Shown here piece after piece: positions 9,444 through 18,916 of a stretch of DNA of 39,618 bases. Under the pieces are notes generated by a model. That model did no database searches, was not told the DNA's origin, and saw nothing but the letters and a program-made list of their open reading frames with translations. This DNA comes from a virus (taxonomy: Duplodnaviria; Caudoviricetes). Location: positions 1 to 39,618 of IMG/VR virus record IMGVR_UViG_3300032305_003061. One strand, given 5' to 3'. A program made the position numbers and the translations under genes. Each line of letters begins with the position of its first letter. Positions within the stretch are counted from its first letter, which is position 1.

Positions 9444-11519
9444 TTAGAATAGATCTTCTGCTAGATCGCCTCTTGCAAAAATACTGCTTACATAATCAAG
9501 TACATCTGTTGCACTTTGCTCATTATAACCATATTTCTCAACAAGCCTTTGCTTGACTGCATCAATCTTTTTCTGAACATCTGGATCAACTGTTGTAGCT
9601 CCAGATGAAAACGCACTCAATTTAATGTGATCTTTTGTGTCTTCAAATAGCTTTGACTCTAAAGCTTTCTTGAGAAGAGGGTTGCTATCCCACCTAAAGA
9701 CTTTTTGCTTAACAGCAAGATCACCAATAAATGCCGCAATCATTCTACGGAAGTCATCACAAGTAGATTCTGGAACATCAATCTTGCTCTCAATAGATCG
9801 CATTAATTTTTCATCTGGTGTTTCTTCTCGCCCAGTAATTTTATTAGTAATCCTTGCCTTGTTGATATAAGCCATAAGATTATCAATGTAATTAGCACAT
9901 AACCTCACAATTGCTTCTTCATCACCAATCAAAGCCTTTTGAACCTCATTCTTAAGAATATCATCCAATTTCTTAGTCGCAAGAGTCACACAGTTTTGAT
10001 ACTTGCGTACCAAATCTTTATTTGAAATAAGAGAATGATTTTCAAGACCACTCTTTAAAGCATTCAAAACCATAAAAGGATTAATATAATCATGTCTGCT
10101 TGACAATGTAGAAGAAACTTTATCTTGAACATACCTTGCAGACATACCAGTCATGCCTTCATTTGGATTCTTATCTCTAAGTTCACGAACTCTATCAATC
10201 GTCCATCCGGGAAGCATCTTACCATCATAGAGATCTGCCTTCTCAGTTAAGGTAATCTTATTATCTTTGTCATCTTCAAGTCGTGTAAGAACTGAAAACA
10301 ATGCAGCAATTTTCAAGGTATGAGGAGCAATATGTTGCTTAATCTTATTTGAATTATAATCTTGCTCCAACACCTTAAGTTCTTTGCTCCATTCCAAGAG
10401 ATAAGGAACTTCAATTCTAACAGTTCTGTCTTTCAAAGCTTCCATGTATTGGTTATTCTTTAGCTTTTCATACTCAGGAATATTTGTATGACCGATAATA
10501 GCTTCATCAATACTAATCTGAGAAAACTTTTTAGGCTTAATTGACTTTTCCTGTGATGCTCCAAGAAGATCATACAAGAAAGCTGTTTCAAGCTTTAACA
10601 TTTCGATAAATTCAATAACTCCACGATTTGCAACACAGAATTCACCGTCAAAGTTAAATGTTCGTGCATCAGAATCACTTCCAAATGTCGGAAGCAATGC
10701 AAAATTGATATCACCAGTAAGTTCTGTGCTATCTTGATTCTTTTCATCTTTAGGCTGGAATGAAGCAATGCCAACTCTATCTGCTTCGGAATATTGCTTT
10801 CGAACAACAACAATGTGATTGTTTACAACCTTAACCCAATCTCCATCGTACATCTTAAGCAATTTATCAAAAAACAACTTGCACTTCGGATTAATTTCAC
10901 CTTCTACAACAAGACTGTAGAGAGTTGTTCTTTGTGATGGATCAACATTGTCCCTATGAATCTTATTCAGTTCCTCAAGCACTTGTTTTCTTACTGTGAG
11001 AGGAAGAAGTTTTAAAGGATCTTCGTTCATTGGGCAATCACAAACATCACTGGTGTAAAAGCCATTCTGTCCTGTTGGAAGATTAACCCACTTGTAGGAA
11101 TACCAAGCACCATTTTCAGTCTTGGAATAATCTTCCATATTACGTTTGATCAATCGGCAAATAGTAGACTTGGCAGACCCTACAGGTCCGCATAGCAAAA
11201 GTATACGTTTTTCTGGACCATAATGTCCTGCGGCACCCTTGAAATGAGCAACCAAAGACTCAAGCTGTTCTTCAATACCAAAAACTTTAATCTCTTCATG
11301 GTTTTCAAAAAATTTATAGGTTACGATCTTCTTGCGATACTTGTCAATTTCTTCTGTTCCAAAAGAAGTAATCATGTCGTAAATTCTTTGATGAGAATTA
11401 CGAGCTAATTTTGGATTACTATAACACCTATTAAGATACTCTTCAAAACTAAGCTCTTCATGAAGCTTCTTATAATCATCAAGATTATTGTTATTAGCAA
11501 ACTGCGTCAAACTAACCAT
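9444..11519 (-). CDS. prkA: PrkA/YeaG family AAA+ ATPase ('serine protein kinase')
   Basis: ILLLCGPVGSAKST Walker A, CPMNEDPL, QPKDEKNQDSTELTGD, ANRGVIEFIEMLK, EALKDR, APHTL, GMSARY, YGYNEQSA. Confidence 0.95.
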   Translation of the reverse strand: MVSLTQFANNNNLDDYKKLHEELSFEEYLNRCYSNPKLARNSHQRIYDMITSFGTEEIDKYRKKIVTYKFFENHEEIKVFGIEEQLESLVAHFKGAAGHYGPEKRILLLCGPVGSAKSTICRLIKRNMEDYSKTENGAWYSYKWVNLPTGQNGFYTSDVCDCPMNEDPLKLLPLTVRKQVLEELNKIHRDNVDPSQRTTLYSLVVEGEINPKCKLFFDKLLKMYDGDWVKVVNNHIVVVRKQYSEADRVGIASFQPKDEKNQDSTELTGDINFALLPTFGSDSDARTFNFDGEFCVANRGVIEFIEMLKLETAFLYDLLGASQEKSIKPKKFSQISIDEAIIGHTNIPEYEKLKNNQYMEALKDRTVRIEVPYLLEWSKELKVLEQDYNSNKIKQHIAPHTLKIAALFSVLTRLEDDKDNKITLTEKADLYDGKMLPGWTIDRVRELRDKNPNEGMTGMSARYVQDKVSSTLSSRHDYINPFMVLNALKSGLENHSLISNKDLVRKYQNCVTLATKKLDDILKNEVQKALIGDEEAIVRLCANYIDNLMAYINKARITNKITGREETPDEKLMRSIESKIDVPESTCDDFRRMIAAFIGDLAVKQKVFRWDSNPLLKKALESKLFEDTKDHIKLSAFSSGATTVDPDVQKKIDAVKQRLVEKYGYNEQSATDVLDYVSSIFARGDLAEDLF

Positions 11520-11520
11520 A

Positions 11521-11847
11521 TTATTCTACCTCTCCAAAGTGATTGCCACCGGAAATATCATCAATACGTTTGTACGGGTTTTGACCTACATTGGATTCAG
11601 CTTCTGCATCCCTACGCAAGTTTTGGGCTTGCTCTAGATTATAACCTGCTCGATAATTGAAATTATCAAATTTGCTCGTATCTTTTGGTTGAGCAAATTT
11701 AACATTAGCATCATTGAGCAATTTCTTCTTTTTCTTAGAATTGCAATGTGGACACGAGACACTAGTGTATTTACCTTTTGGATCAAAAGACACTAGTGTC
11801 TCATAAAGTTTATTGCAATTCTTGCATTCAAAATTATATGTAGGCAA
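11521..11847 (-). CDS. FmdB-family zinc-ribbon regulatory protein
   Basis: MPTYNFECKNC...CPHC (CxxC..CxxC); 1 bp upstream of prkA. Confidence 0.85.
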   Translation of the reverse strand: MPTYNFECKNCNKLYETLVSFDPKGKYTSVSCPHCNSKKKKKLLNDANVKFAQPKDTSKFDNFNYRAGYNLEQAQNLRRDAEAESNVGQNPYKRIDDISGGNHFGEVE

Positions 11848-11893
11848 GATTTTAACCCTTGGATCAAACTTAAAAGAGTATACCGTAAAAAAA

Positions 11894-12169
11894 TCACTCA
11901 GCGATTATTTTTTTTATTTCATCATATACAATTTTAACTTTTTTCATTCTTTGCGGGATAGTCATAAATGACCACATCCACGACCCTTTACAAATTTTAT
12001 AAGCTTCCTCAACAAGTTTAGCTTGTATTTCTTGCTCTATAAGGATGTTTTGTTCCATCTGCATGGCTATCATTTGTGAATCGATGAAATTATTTTCTTT
12101 GCCTTCCTGATCATCATCGTCTTCATCATCGAACCCATCATCGCCATAAGCAAAATCAAACCTCTTCAT
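11894..12169 (-). CDS. Hypothetical protein with acidic N-terminus
   Basis: 91-aa ORF preceded by AGGAGG. Confidence 0.75.
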   Translation of the reverse strand: MKRFDFAYGDDGFDDEDDDDQEGKENNFIDSQMIAMQMEQNILIEQEIQAKLVEEAYKICKGSWMWSFMTIPQRMKKVKIVYDEIKKIIAE

Positions 12170-12743
12170 GGCGAACCTCCTGATTTAAAAGAGTTCTTAT
12201 ATACTTAGTATCATCCCATATAGATTCTAGTTTAATTTGATTTAAACTTTTATCTCCTAAGAATATACTACTATTATTTATAATCCTGTCTCTAACTTCT
12301 TCAAAATTATTTTTAATATCCCAAGATGCTACATGACAATATTTGTTTTTATCAATATTTTCAATTAAAAACTCATCATTATCAGGATTTTCTGATCGCA
12401 TGATCAAAAACTCACTAGTGATATTATTGTTTAATTTAAATTTTCTCATGCAGAATACATTTGAAATTACAATTGCATAAGATTTATCCCATATGTCCAA
12501 ACCAACCAAATTATTAGGGTCAAAACAACTATGAGCATAAAATACAGGGAAATTTAATTTTCTAGCCCAAACAGCAAAATCAACAGGAGGATTTCCTGCA
12601 ACAATTATAATTGGATTAACTTTTGGTAAATGTTTGAAAAACGAAAACCAGCAAATAAAGGATAAAATATCATGAGGTTTATGTTGAGGAACAATAATGC
12701 CTAAATTAAACTTCGGATAATTTGATTTTGGAAAAAGTATCAT
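12156..12743 (-). CDS. Hypothetical protein
   Basis: 195-aa ORF in a co-oriented run; TAATG coupling to the upstream small ORF. Confidence 0.7.
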   Translation of the reverse strand: MILFPKSNYPKFNLGIIVPQHKPHDILSFICWFSFFKHLPKVNPIIIVAGNPPVDFAVWARKLNFPVFYAHSCFDPNNLVGLDIWDKSYAIVISNVFCMRKFKLNNNITSEFLIMRSENPDNDEFLIENIDKNKYCHVASWDIKNNFEEVRDRIINNSSIFLGDKSLNQIKLESIWDDTKYIRTLLNQEVRHEEV

Positions 12744-12889
12744 TAACTCTTAAAGAGTTTTTTCATTTCTTTTTTTGCAGAAGCTGGTTGTGGATTACGA
12801 TAATTCATCCTCAATACAGTAAAAGAATTATGGCGCTTACCACCATGACCATTGTCTTCATCCATTTTTAGGAATTCCTTAAAAGTCAT
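12743..12889 (-). CDS. 48-aa protein with capsid-targeting-like N-terminus (not in ORF track)
   Basis: MTFKEFLKMDEDNGHGGKRHNSFTVLRMNYRNPQPASAKKEMKKLFKS; ATGA overlap upstream and TAATG overlap downstream. Confidence 0.8.
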   Translation of the reverse strand: MTFKEFLKMDEDNGHGGKRHNSFTVLRMNYRNPQPASAKKEMKKLFKS

Positions 12890-13245
12890 TGCTGCCTACC
12901 AGCACCCATTGCCCTGAAAGCATTGGCAATATATCTGTCTGATTGATCAACCTGCTTGCCAAATTTTGCGCTTGCAGCTGGATCTTTACCAATAAGATCA
13001 TTTACAGCCTGCTGAACCTTGTTCTCGTCTCCAGTCGTTTTAGCTCTTGCAACAGCAGGATCTGTAGAAATCTTCTTCTTCAAATTCTGAACAAGAGGAT
13101 CATTAGGATTAATCTGTGACTGATTTGCAGGTTGCGCAGTTTGTGCGGGTTGAGCAGGTTGCGCAGTTTGTGTTGCACCTGCGTATACGGGAGCAGCAGT
13201 TGCTGCTTCATTTATTTTGGAAATATACTGTTTAAATGTTAACAT
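12886..13245 (-). CDS. Putative head internal protein, Ala/Gln/Pro-rich
   Basis: MLTFKQYISKINE/A N-terminus; AQPAQ repeats; ATAAATA just upstream. Confidence 0.75.
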   Translation of the reverse strand: MLTFKQYISKINEAATAAPVYAGATQTAQPAQPAQTAQPANQSQINPNDPLVQNLKKKISTDPAVARAKTTGDENKVQQAVNDLIGKDPAASAKFGKQVDQSDRYIANAFRAMGAGRQQ

Positions 13246-13273
13246 AACTGTATTTATTTAGGAGGATCAAAAA

Positions 13274-13402
13274 ATGAAAACATTCATTACGATTTCAGTG
13301 GCGTTTTTTTTAGGTTTTTTGATTGGCGCAACATCAACTATCATTGGTCAGTTTCATTACTGTCCATTCGTTAAATCAAAACTTATCCATAAGCATGAAT
13401 GA
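13274..13402 (+). CDS. 42-aa single-TM microprotein (not in ORF track)
   Basis: GGAGG at 13261; MKTFITISVAFFLGFLIGATSTIIGQFHYCPFVKSKLIHKHE. Confidence 0.65.
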   Translation: MKTFITISVAFFLGFLIGATSTIIGQFHYCPFVKSKLIHKHE

Positions 13403-14753
13403 TTTTACCAATAATATTAGTTGTTGATAGACCTTCAATCAAAGGAACAAATTCAACCCTATCAACAACATCAGCGCCAGCAATTCTTTTATCACGCCAA
13501 TCTTCACCTTTGACCAAAACATTCGGCTTAATTTCCTCAATTATATTTTGAGGAAATTCTTCTTCCAAAACAACAATAAAATCAACACATTCTATTGCTT
13601 TCAACATTTCAATCCTTTGAACCAAGGGAATTATTGGTCTTTTGTCACCTTTCAATTTAATTATACTTTCATCTGAATTAATACCAACACATAACTTATC
13701 ACCAAAAGACTTTGCTTGCTTCAAAGAAGAAATATGACCAAAATGCATTAAATCCATACAACCATTAGTCCAAACTAAATTAAAATCCCTATTCCTCAAC
13801 ACGGCTGGATTAGTAATCAATTTGTCTTTGACAAAAAAATCTGATGGATTCAAAGGTTTATTATATCTGTTTGAGACATACTTTGTGCCTGCTTCAAATG
13901 CAATAGATATTGCTTCTTTCAAATCAACTCCAATGCCTAAAGCCATAGCTAAAAATGCTATGTAAGCATCTCCAGCACCAGTCAAACTTTCTGGTTTTAC
14001 AGGCTTATTGGTAGGAATTACATAGTGTATTTTTTCATCATTATCAATTGCACTTACACCTTCTCCTGCATTTGTAATAACAACACTATCACACCCCAAT
14101 AAAGCCTGAAGCCATTTCAACTGATCTTCAACCTTTTCTTTGTTAACAAATCTTTTTGCCTCAACAGAATTTGGCTTAAATAAATAACATCCTTCCCAAA
14201 TATTAAGATTTTTTTTAGGATCAACAAGCGACTTGCTTTGCTTTAAATACTTTTTATGCCAATTTGTAGAAAATAAACCTTTATCATAATCAGAAAATAT
14301 ATTAATATCAGAATCGGGAATGCTAATATTATTGAGATGCTTTTGTATATCAGATAACCCAAAATTAGGTTGTTCAATATCCCATCTAATCAATGGATGA
14401 AAATTTTTATAAAATCTTTTTTTTATAGGATTTTTAACATCTTTTGAAACAATAGAATATTTTGTATTAATCCCATTAGCTTCACATATATCCTGCATTT
14501 TTGGACTAATTAATGAAATCAAGTTTGTTTTAACATCAAAGTTACGAAATTGCATAGCAACATTTGCCGCACCACCACATAATACTTTATATGGTTCTTC
14601 TGTAGAAGAACAATGAATTGGAATAGGAAACTCAGGACTAATCCGATCAACTTCTACTTGATAATATTCATCAATAAGAACATCGCCAATAACATTTATT
14701 GTTAAAGAACGAGAATAAAGATTATTGGAAAATCTTGAAAAAAAACTATTCAT
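13383..14753 (-). CDS. hldE: Bifunctional heptose 7-phosphate kinase / heptose 1-phosphate adenylyltransferase
   Basis: PfkB domain (VIGDVLIDEY, RISPEFP, GGAANVA, SDYDKG, DPK, KPN, TGAGD) fused to a nucleotidyltransferase domain (TNGCMDLMHFGH, GINSDESI, KGDKRPI, LVKGEDW, STTNII). Confidence 0.92.
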   Translation of the reverse strand: MNSFFSRFSNNLYSRSLTINVIGDVLIDEYYQVEVDRISPEFPIPIHCSSTEEPYKVLCGGAANVAMQFRNFDVKTNLISLISPKMQDICEANGINTKYSIVSKDVKNPIKKRFYKNFHPLIRWDIEQPNFGLSDIQKHLNNISIPDSDINIFSDYDKGLFSTNWHKKYLKQSKSLVDPKKNLNIWEGCYLFKPNSVEAKRFVNKEKVEDQLKWLQALLGCDSVVITNAGEGVSAIDNDEKIHYVIPTNKPVKPESLTGAGDAYIAFLAMALGIGVDLKEAISIAFEAGTKYVSNRYNKPLNPSDFFVKDKLITNPAVLRNRDFNLVWTNGCMDLMHFGHISSLKQAKSFGDKLCVGINSDESIIKLKGDKRPIIPLVQRIEMLKAIECVDFIVVLEEEFPQNIIEEIKPNVLVKGEDWRDKRIAGADVVDRVEFVPLIEGLSTTNIIGKIIHAYG

Positions 14754-14786
14754 GAAATAAATAGAGTTATTACGAGAGGCATAAAA

Positions 14787-16838
14787 ATGTTCAACACATT
14801 GAATAAGAAAATATTTGAAGATAAATTTATCAATTTATTGGTAGAGAAAAGAGTTCATCCTTCATGTTTATTAAAATTAACACAAGAACTTGATGCCGAA
14901 AAAGTAATCAATGAAGCTTGGCATAATAAAATTGAACAACCTAAACACGGAAGTGTTTTTGGAGCTTTGGGCAGGGGGTTAACAGGAGCTTTAGGTGGAG
15001 CCTTAAAAGGTGGCTTAAGAGGTCTTGTGCAAGGATTGCAGACAGGTTACGGAAGTGCTCCTATTGAAACTTCAAAAGCACAATTGAAAAGTGATCTAAA
15101 ATCTGCGTATGCAGAATTTAGCAATAAGATTGAAAGAATTACTGGTGATAGCGGATTAGCTCATATAATATTTACAAATTTAAATCAAAATGTAGACACA
15201 CTCATTGACTATTCTTATGACAAAAAAGACATTGAAAGAAAAGATTTGCAAATAATAGATATAGACAATTATTTGAAAAGAAGAGACCCTGATTTAGTTA
15301 AAAAACCATTTAACCCCATGGAATATATCAACAAACCTATTAACAATTTTGTTGATTTTTTAGGTAATCGTAAGACAGAAAATAAAAATTTTGATGATAA
15401 ATTTGTTGATTTATTGGTAGAAAAAAGAGTTCATCCTTTATATTTGTTAAAATTAACACAAGAAATTAGCTCAGGCAGATTAGTTAATGAAGGATTTCTA
15501 GGAGATTTAGGCAATGCAATTAGCAAAGGTTTTAAACAAGGATTAGCTCAAAGAGGATTAGGTTATAGGACAAAACAGAATAGAGAAGAAGAAGAAGAAA
15601 AAGAAGCAAATTCAAAAAACAAGCCTAAATCTAAACCTGATTTGAAGTTAAAACTTCCAAAATACCCACAAATGCCAAGCCGTACAACCGATCCAAGTCT
15701 TTCAAACAGTCCAAGCCGTTCAATCCGTCCAAAAGGAGGTATTTTTAGAGCTTTAGGTGGTGGATTAACAGGAGCTTTAGGTGGAGCAGTAAAAGGTGGG
15801 TTAAGAGGTCTTGTGCAAGGTCTAGAAGCAGGTTACGGAACTGCTCCTTTTGATACTTCTTTAGAAGTATTGAGAAACAATTTAAAATCTGCTTATTTAC
15901 GATTCCGTGAAAAGATCACACGTTTTACAAATAATGAAAGAACAGCTACTAAAATTTACGAAATATTATTAAATAATAGTGAAAGATTTATTGATTTTGC
16001 TATTCTCCAAGGTAAGACTGCGACAGAAATACCTGAGCCATTTGAACGTGCAGATGCAGGAAGTGACACATCTTTTTCTTTAGGAAATCAAGCAACAGAC
16101 AAATACCAATTTTACAATACAGCAATTTCAAACGAAAGTCCTAGCACACCATCCACTAAAACAATTAGTGGATTAGGCTCATCAGGAAGACTTAGTCCTG
16201 AAGAAGAAGAAAAAGAAGCTCTTAAATTAGCAGCAAGAAGAGGTACAGTAGAACCTGAAACAGAAATAGCTAAATTTCCTGATAATCTTAAAAAATTATA
16301 TTCACATATATTTGGAAAAATTGCATCTCATTCAGAAACAGAAGGAATGAAAGATAGTTTCAATTTTCTACAGACATTGCAAGTAATAAAAAGACTTGAT
16401 GGACATATCAAAAATCATAGCTTTTTAGGAGATAGTAATTACAAATCATTAATAGATCAGATGATAAGAACTTTTGAAAAAAATAATTGTGATCTAAAAG
16501 ATGATTCGTTTTTACAAAATTTAATTGATGTTTTTGATATAGTTTATGATAAAATAATAAATTCTTCGGCAATTGATGAAAAATCTAAAAAAATCTACAC
16601 TGCTTTAAGATCTACAAGAAATAATGGCGAAAGACCTTGGGAAAAATTTGGTACTGCATTAACCGAAATAAACAAAATGATAGGTGTGTTTTGTGATCAA
16701 TATCCAGACAAATGTTCAAGTATTAGAGGTGCTTCCAGCCTAATGCTGGGAAGTCGGAAACTTTTAGGTAAATTAGAAGAAAATAAGAACATTACTTTTT
16801 CAGATTGGTTATTAATTAAAGAAAACATACTATTTTGA
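14787..16838 (+). CDS. Internally duplicated glycine-zipper protein, putative virion internal protein
   Basis: Two copies of DKFxxLLVEKRVHP..LLKLTQE..(I/V)NE and of GLTGALGGAxKGGLRGLVQGL..GYG.AP; C-terminal TFSDWLLIKE. Confidence 0.8.
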   Translation: MFNTLNKKIFEDKFINLLVEKRVHPSCLLKLTQELDAEKVINEAWHNKIEQPKHGSVFGALGRGLTGALGGALKGGLRGLVQGLQTGYGSAPIETSKAQLKSDLKSAYAEFSNKIERITGDSGLAHIIFTNLNQNVDTLIDYSYDKKDIERKDLQIIDIDNYLKRRDPDLVKKPFNPMEYINKPINNFVDFLGNRKTENKNFDDKFVDLLVEKRVHPLYLLKLTQEISSGRLVNEGFLGDLGNAISKGFKQGLAQRGLGYRTKQNREEEEEKEANSKNKPKSKPDLKLKLPKYPQMPSRTTDPSLSNSPSRSIRPKGGIFRALGGGLTGALGGAVKGGLRGLVQGLEAGYGTAPFDTSLEVLRNNLKSAYLRFREKITRFTNNERTATKIYEILLNNSERFIDFAILQGKTATEIPEPFERADAGSDTSFSLGNQATDKYQFYNTAISNESPSTPSTKTISGLGSSGRLSPEEEEKEALKLAARRGTVEPETEIAKFPDNLKKLYSHIFGKIASHSETEGMKDSFNFLQTLQVIKRLDGHIKNHSFLGDSNYKSLIDQMIRTFEKNNCDLKDDSFLQNLIDVFDIVYDKIINSSAIDEKSKKIYTALRSTRNNGERPWEKFGTALTEINKMIGVFCDQYPDKCSSIRGASSLMLGSRKLLGKLEENKNITFSDWLLIKENILF

Positions 16839-16865
16839 CAGTAGACACAGTTACTTGGAGATGAA

Positions 16866-17621
16866 ATGAAACTTCTGTCAAGCATTTTTTTGTCATTTAT
16901 TTTAGCTTTTACTTGTTTTTCTGCTGAAACTAATTCACTTGTAGCAGTTGAACCACCGCCAATTCCTCAATCACCTGTATATTCTATTACAAATAAAGTA
17001 GAAGGACTTGAGCTACCTGAACCAATAACAGTTGATAGCAGTGAAGGGTTTCTTGTAGTCCAAGCAAAGTCTAAAGGTACAGTTAAATGGTTTGTTGTTG
17101 GCAACAGCAAAGTTAAATATGTTTCCAATGATGCTGGAAATAGCCTTATCGTTTCTGTTCCTCAATCTGGAAGTGTTAATGTTTTTGCAATTGCTCTTGT
17201 AGATGGAAAATTAACAGATTTTGCAAGAACAGACATTACTGTGAAAGGCGTAAAGCCAGATCCTGTCAAACCAGATCCAACCGATCCTGTTGATCCAGAT
17301 GTAGTAATAGAAAAGGTTCCAGAAGGTTTGCATGTTACATTTTTGACAGATTATAACGAGTCAACACCAGATATTGCAGCTGTTTTAAACAGCAAAGACA
17401 TTAGAGATATTATTCTGAAAACAAAAAGTTTTTACAAGGTTTATGATGTTAACAGTTTAGTAGTTAAGCAAAAGAAGATGGACACACTTCTTAAGAAGTT
17501 AAGCAGTAACAATCTTTTTGTTGTTCAAAAGACTGATGGAACTGTCCTTTACTACAGTTCTATTCCAAAAACAGAAGTAGAAGTCATTAAAGTCCTAAAC
17601 AAAATTACAAAAGGAGAATAA
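16866..17621 (+). CDS. Exported protein with Pro/Asp-rich linker
   Basis: Signal peptide MKLLSSIFLSFILAFTCFSA; beta-rich domain; KPDPVKPDPTDPVDPD linker; alpha/beta C-terminal domain. Confidence 0.8.
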   Translation: MKLLSSIFLSFILAFTCFSAETNSLVAVEPPPIPQSPVYSITNKVEGLELPEPITVDSSEGFLVVQAKSKGTVKWFVVGNSKVKYVSNDAGNSLIVSVPQSGSVNVFAIALVDGKLTDFARTDITVKGVKPDPVKPDPTDPVDPDVVIEKVPEGLHVTFLTDYNESTPDIAAVLNSKDIRDIILKTKSFYKVYDVNSLVVKQKKMDTLLKKLSSNNLFVVQKTDGTVLYYSSIPKTEVEVIKVLNKITKGE

Positions 17622-17622
17622 C

Positions 17623-18429
17623 ATGAGTTTTCCATCAATATATTTCGACGGCTATTACCGTATCCTTTCCCATACTCCAAGTCCAGAAAATGATACTCCT
17701 AAATTTGGAGATTCATTCAGGAGCTTTGATGCTGCTGTTCTAAAAGAAATTGATATGTCTTGGCAAGGGCATAAAATCTTAAACCAAAAATCAACTAACA
17801 GTTGTGTTGGTCATGCATCTACTGCTGGAATGGAGATTTTGCAAAAGCAACGTCAAAATGTTCAAAAAAGCTTCAATCCATTCTTTCACTATGCGTTAAT
17901 TAATGGTGGACAAGATGGTGGGGCTTATATTTCAGATAGCCTTAACATGCTTAGAAAGTATGGAATCTGTGAAACAAGTGCGTTTCCACATGACCGTGTT
18001 TATTACAAGAGCAGTTTAACCAAAGCTGCTTATGATAATGCTGCTAGATTTAAGCTAGGATATGCTTATCAATGTAACACATTCGAAGAAGTTTGCCAAG
18101 CAATCAGCCTTGGCTTTGTTGTAAACATCGGCATCCTTGTTGGATCTAACTTTACCAAAGTCGATTCAGAAGGCATTGCTCCACTTCCAAATGGTGGTGG
18201 TGGCGGACACTCAATGCTTGCCTGCGGAATAAAGCAACACAGCAAATATGGCTGGTTGGTAAAGCTCCAAAATAGTTGGGGTTCAAACTTTGGATTAGGT
18301 GGCTATTGCTATGTTAGAAAAGAACATTTTACAAGCCGAAGCAAGCTTGATTGTTTTGCGTTCCAAGGTGTTATAGAAGATCATCTAGATCAAGATAAGA
18401 CAGACGATGTACCTGTTGTTAAAGTATAA
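17623..18429 (+). CDS. Papain-like cysteine peptidase (C1 family)
   Basis: NQKSTNSCVGHA (oxyanion Q, catalytic C), GGQDGG, GGHSML (H), QNSWG (N), FGLGGY. Confidence 0.9.
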   Translation: MSFPSIYFDGYYRILSHTPSPENDTPKFGDSFRSFDAAVLKEIDMSWQGHKILNQKSTNSCVGHASTAGMEILQKQRQNVQKSFNPFFHYALINGGQDGGAYISDSLNMLRKYGICETSAFPHDRVYYKSSLTKAAYDNAARFKLGYAYQCNTFEEVCQAISLGFVVNIGILVGSNFTKVDSEGIAPLPNGGGGGHSMLACGIKQHSKYGWLVKLQNSWGSNFGLGGYCYVRKEHFTSRSKLDCFAFQGVIEDHLDQDKTDDVPVVKV

Positions 18430-18439
18430 GGAGCTTGAT

Positions 18440-18916
18440 ATGAGTGAGCTAGAAACAAGATATTCATTAGCTGATGTTGAAGTCATGAAGGAAAATGCCC
18501 TGAACATGGGGGCATCCACTGAATTTATTGCTGATTGCCTTAATAAGTATGGTCCTGAAGTACTCAGCACTGTTACAGAAGGATTAAGGAATGGATTTTC
18601 GTTTGCATTCATTCTTGAAAGTTTCAGATTGTTTGGTCCATTTGTTTTAGACTTCTTTATTTCCTTGATGTCTAAGAATAAAATGCAAGCAAATCTAATG
18701 GAAATCGTAAATCAAGAAACGCTAGGAGCAGCTGCTCTTAGCAGAGAAGATATCAACAATTTCGTTAAAGATGAAAATATCGACCTAATGAGTTCTAATC
18801 TCATTAAGGTTTTTATTGAAAAAATTCTTCCATATATTGGTAAGAAATATGGTCCTCTTATCATTGAAGCAATTATTGATGCAATTACAAAAGCTGTTGA
18901 TGAGGACAAATTGTGA
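18440..18916 (+). CDS. Hypothetical helical protein with repeated K(Y/F)GP motif
   Basis: AAGGAG before ATG 18440; NKYGPEV, RLFGPFV, KKYGPLI. Confidence 0.75.
   Translation: MSELETRYSLADVEVMKENALNMGASTEFIADCLNKYGPEVLSTVTEGLRNGFSFAFILESFRLFGPFVLDFFISLMSKNKMQANLMEIVNQETLGAAALSREDINNFVKDENIDLMSSNLIKVFIEKILPYIGKKYGPLIIEAIIDAITKAVDEDKL

Noticed and set aside
11848-11893. sigma54 promoter for the prkA operon, by analogy with E. coli yeaGH
   Set aside because: No TGGC-N-TTGC with GG-N10-GC spacing in this spacer.
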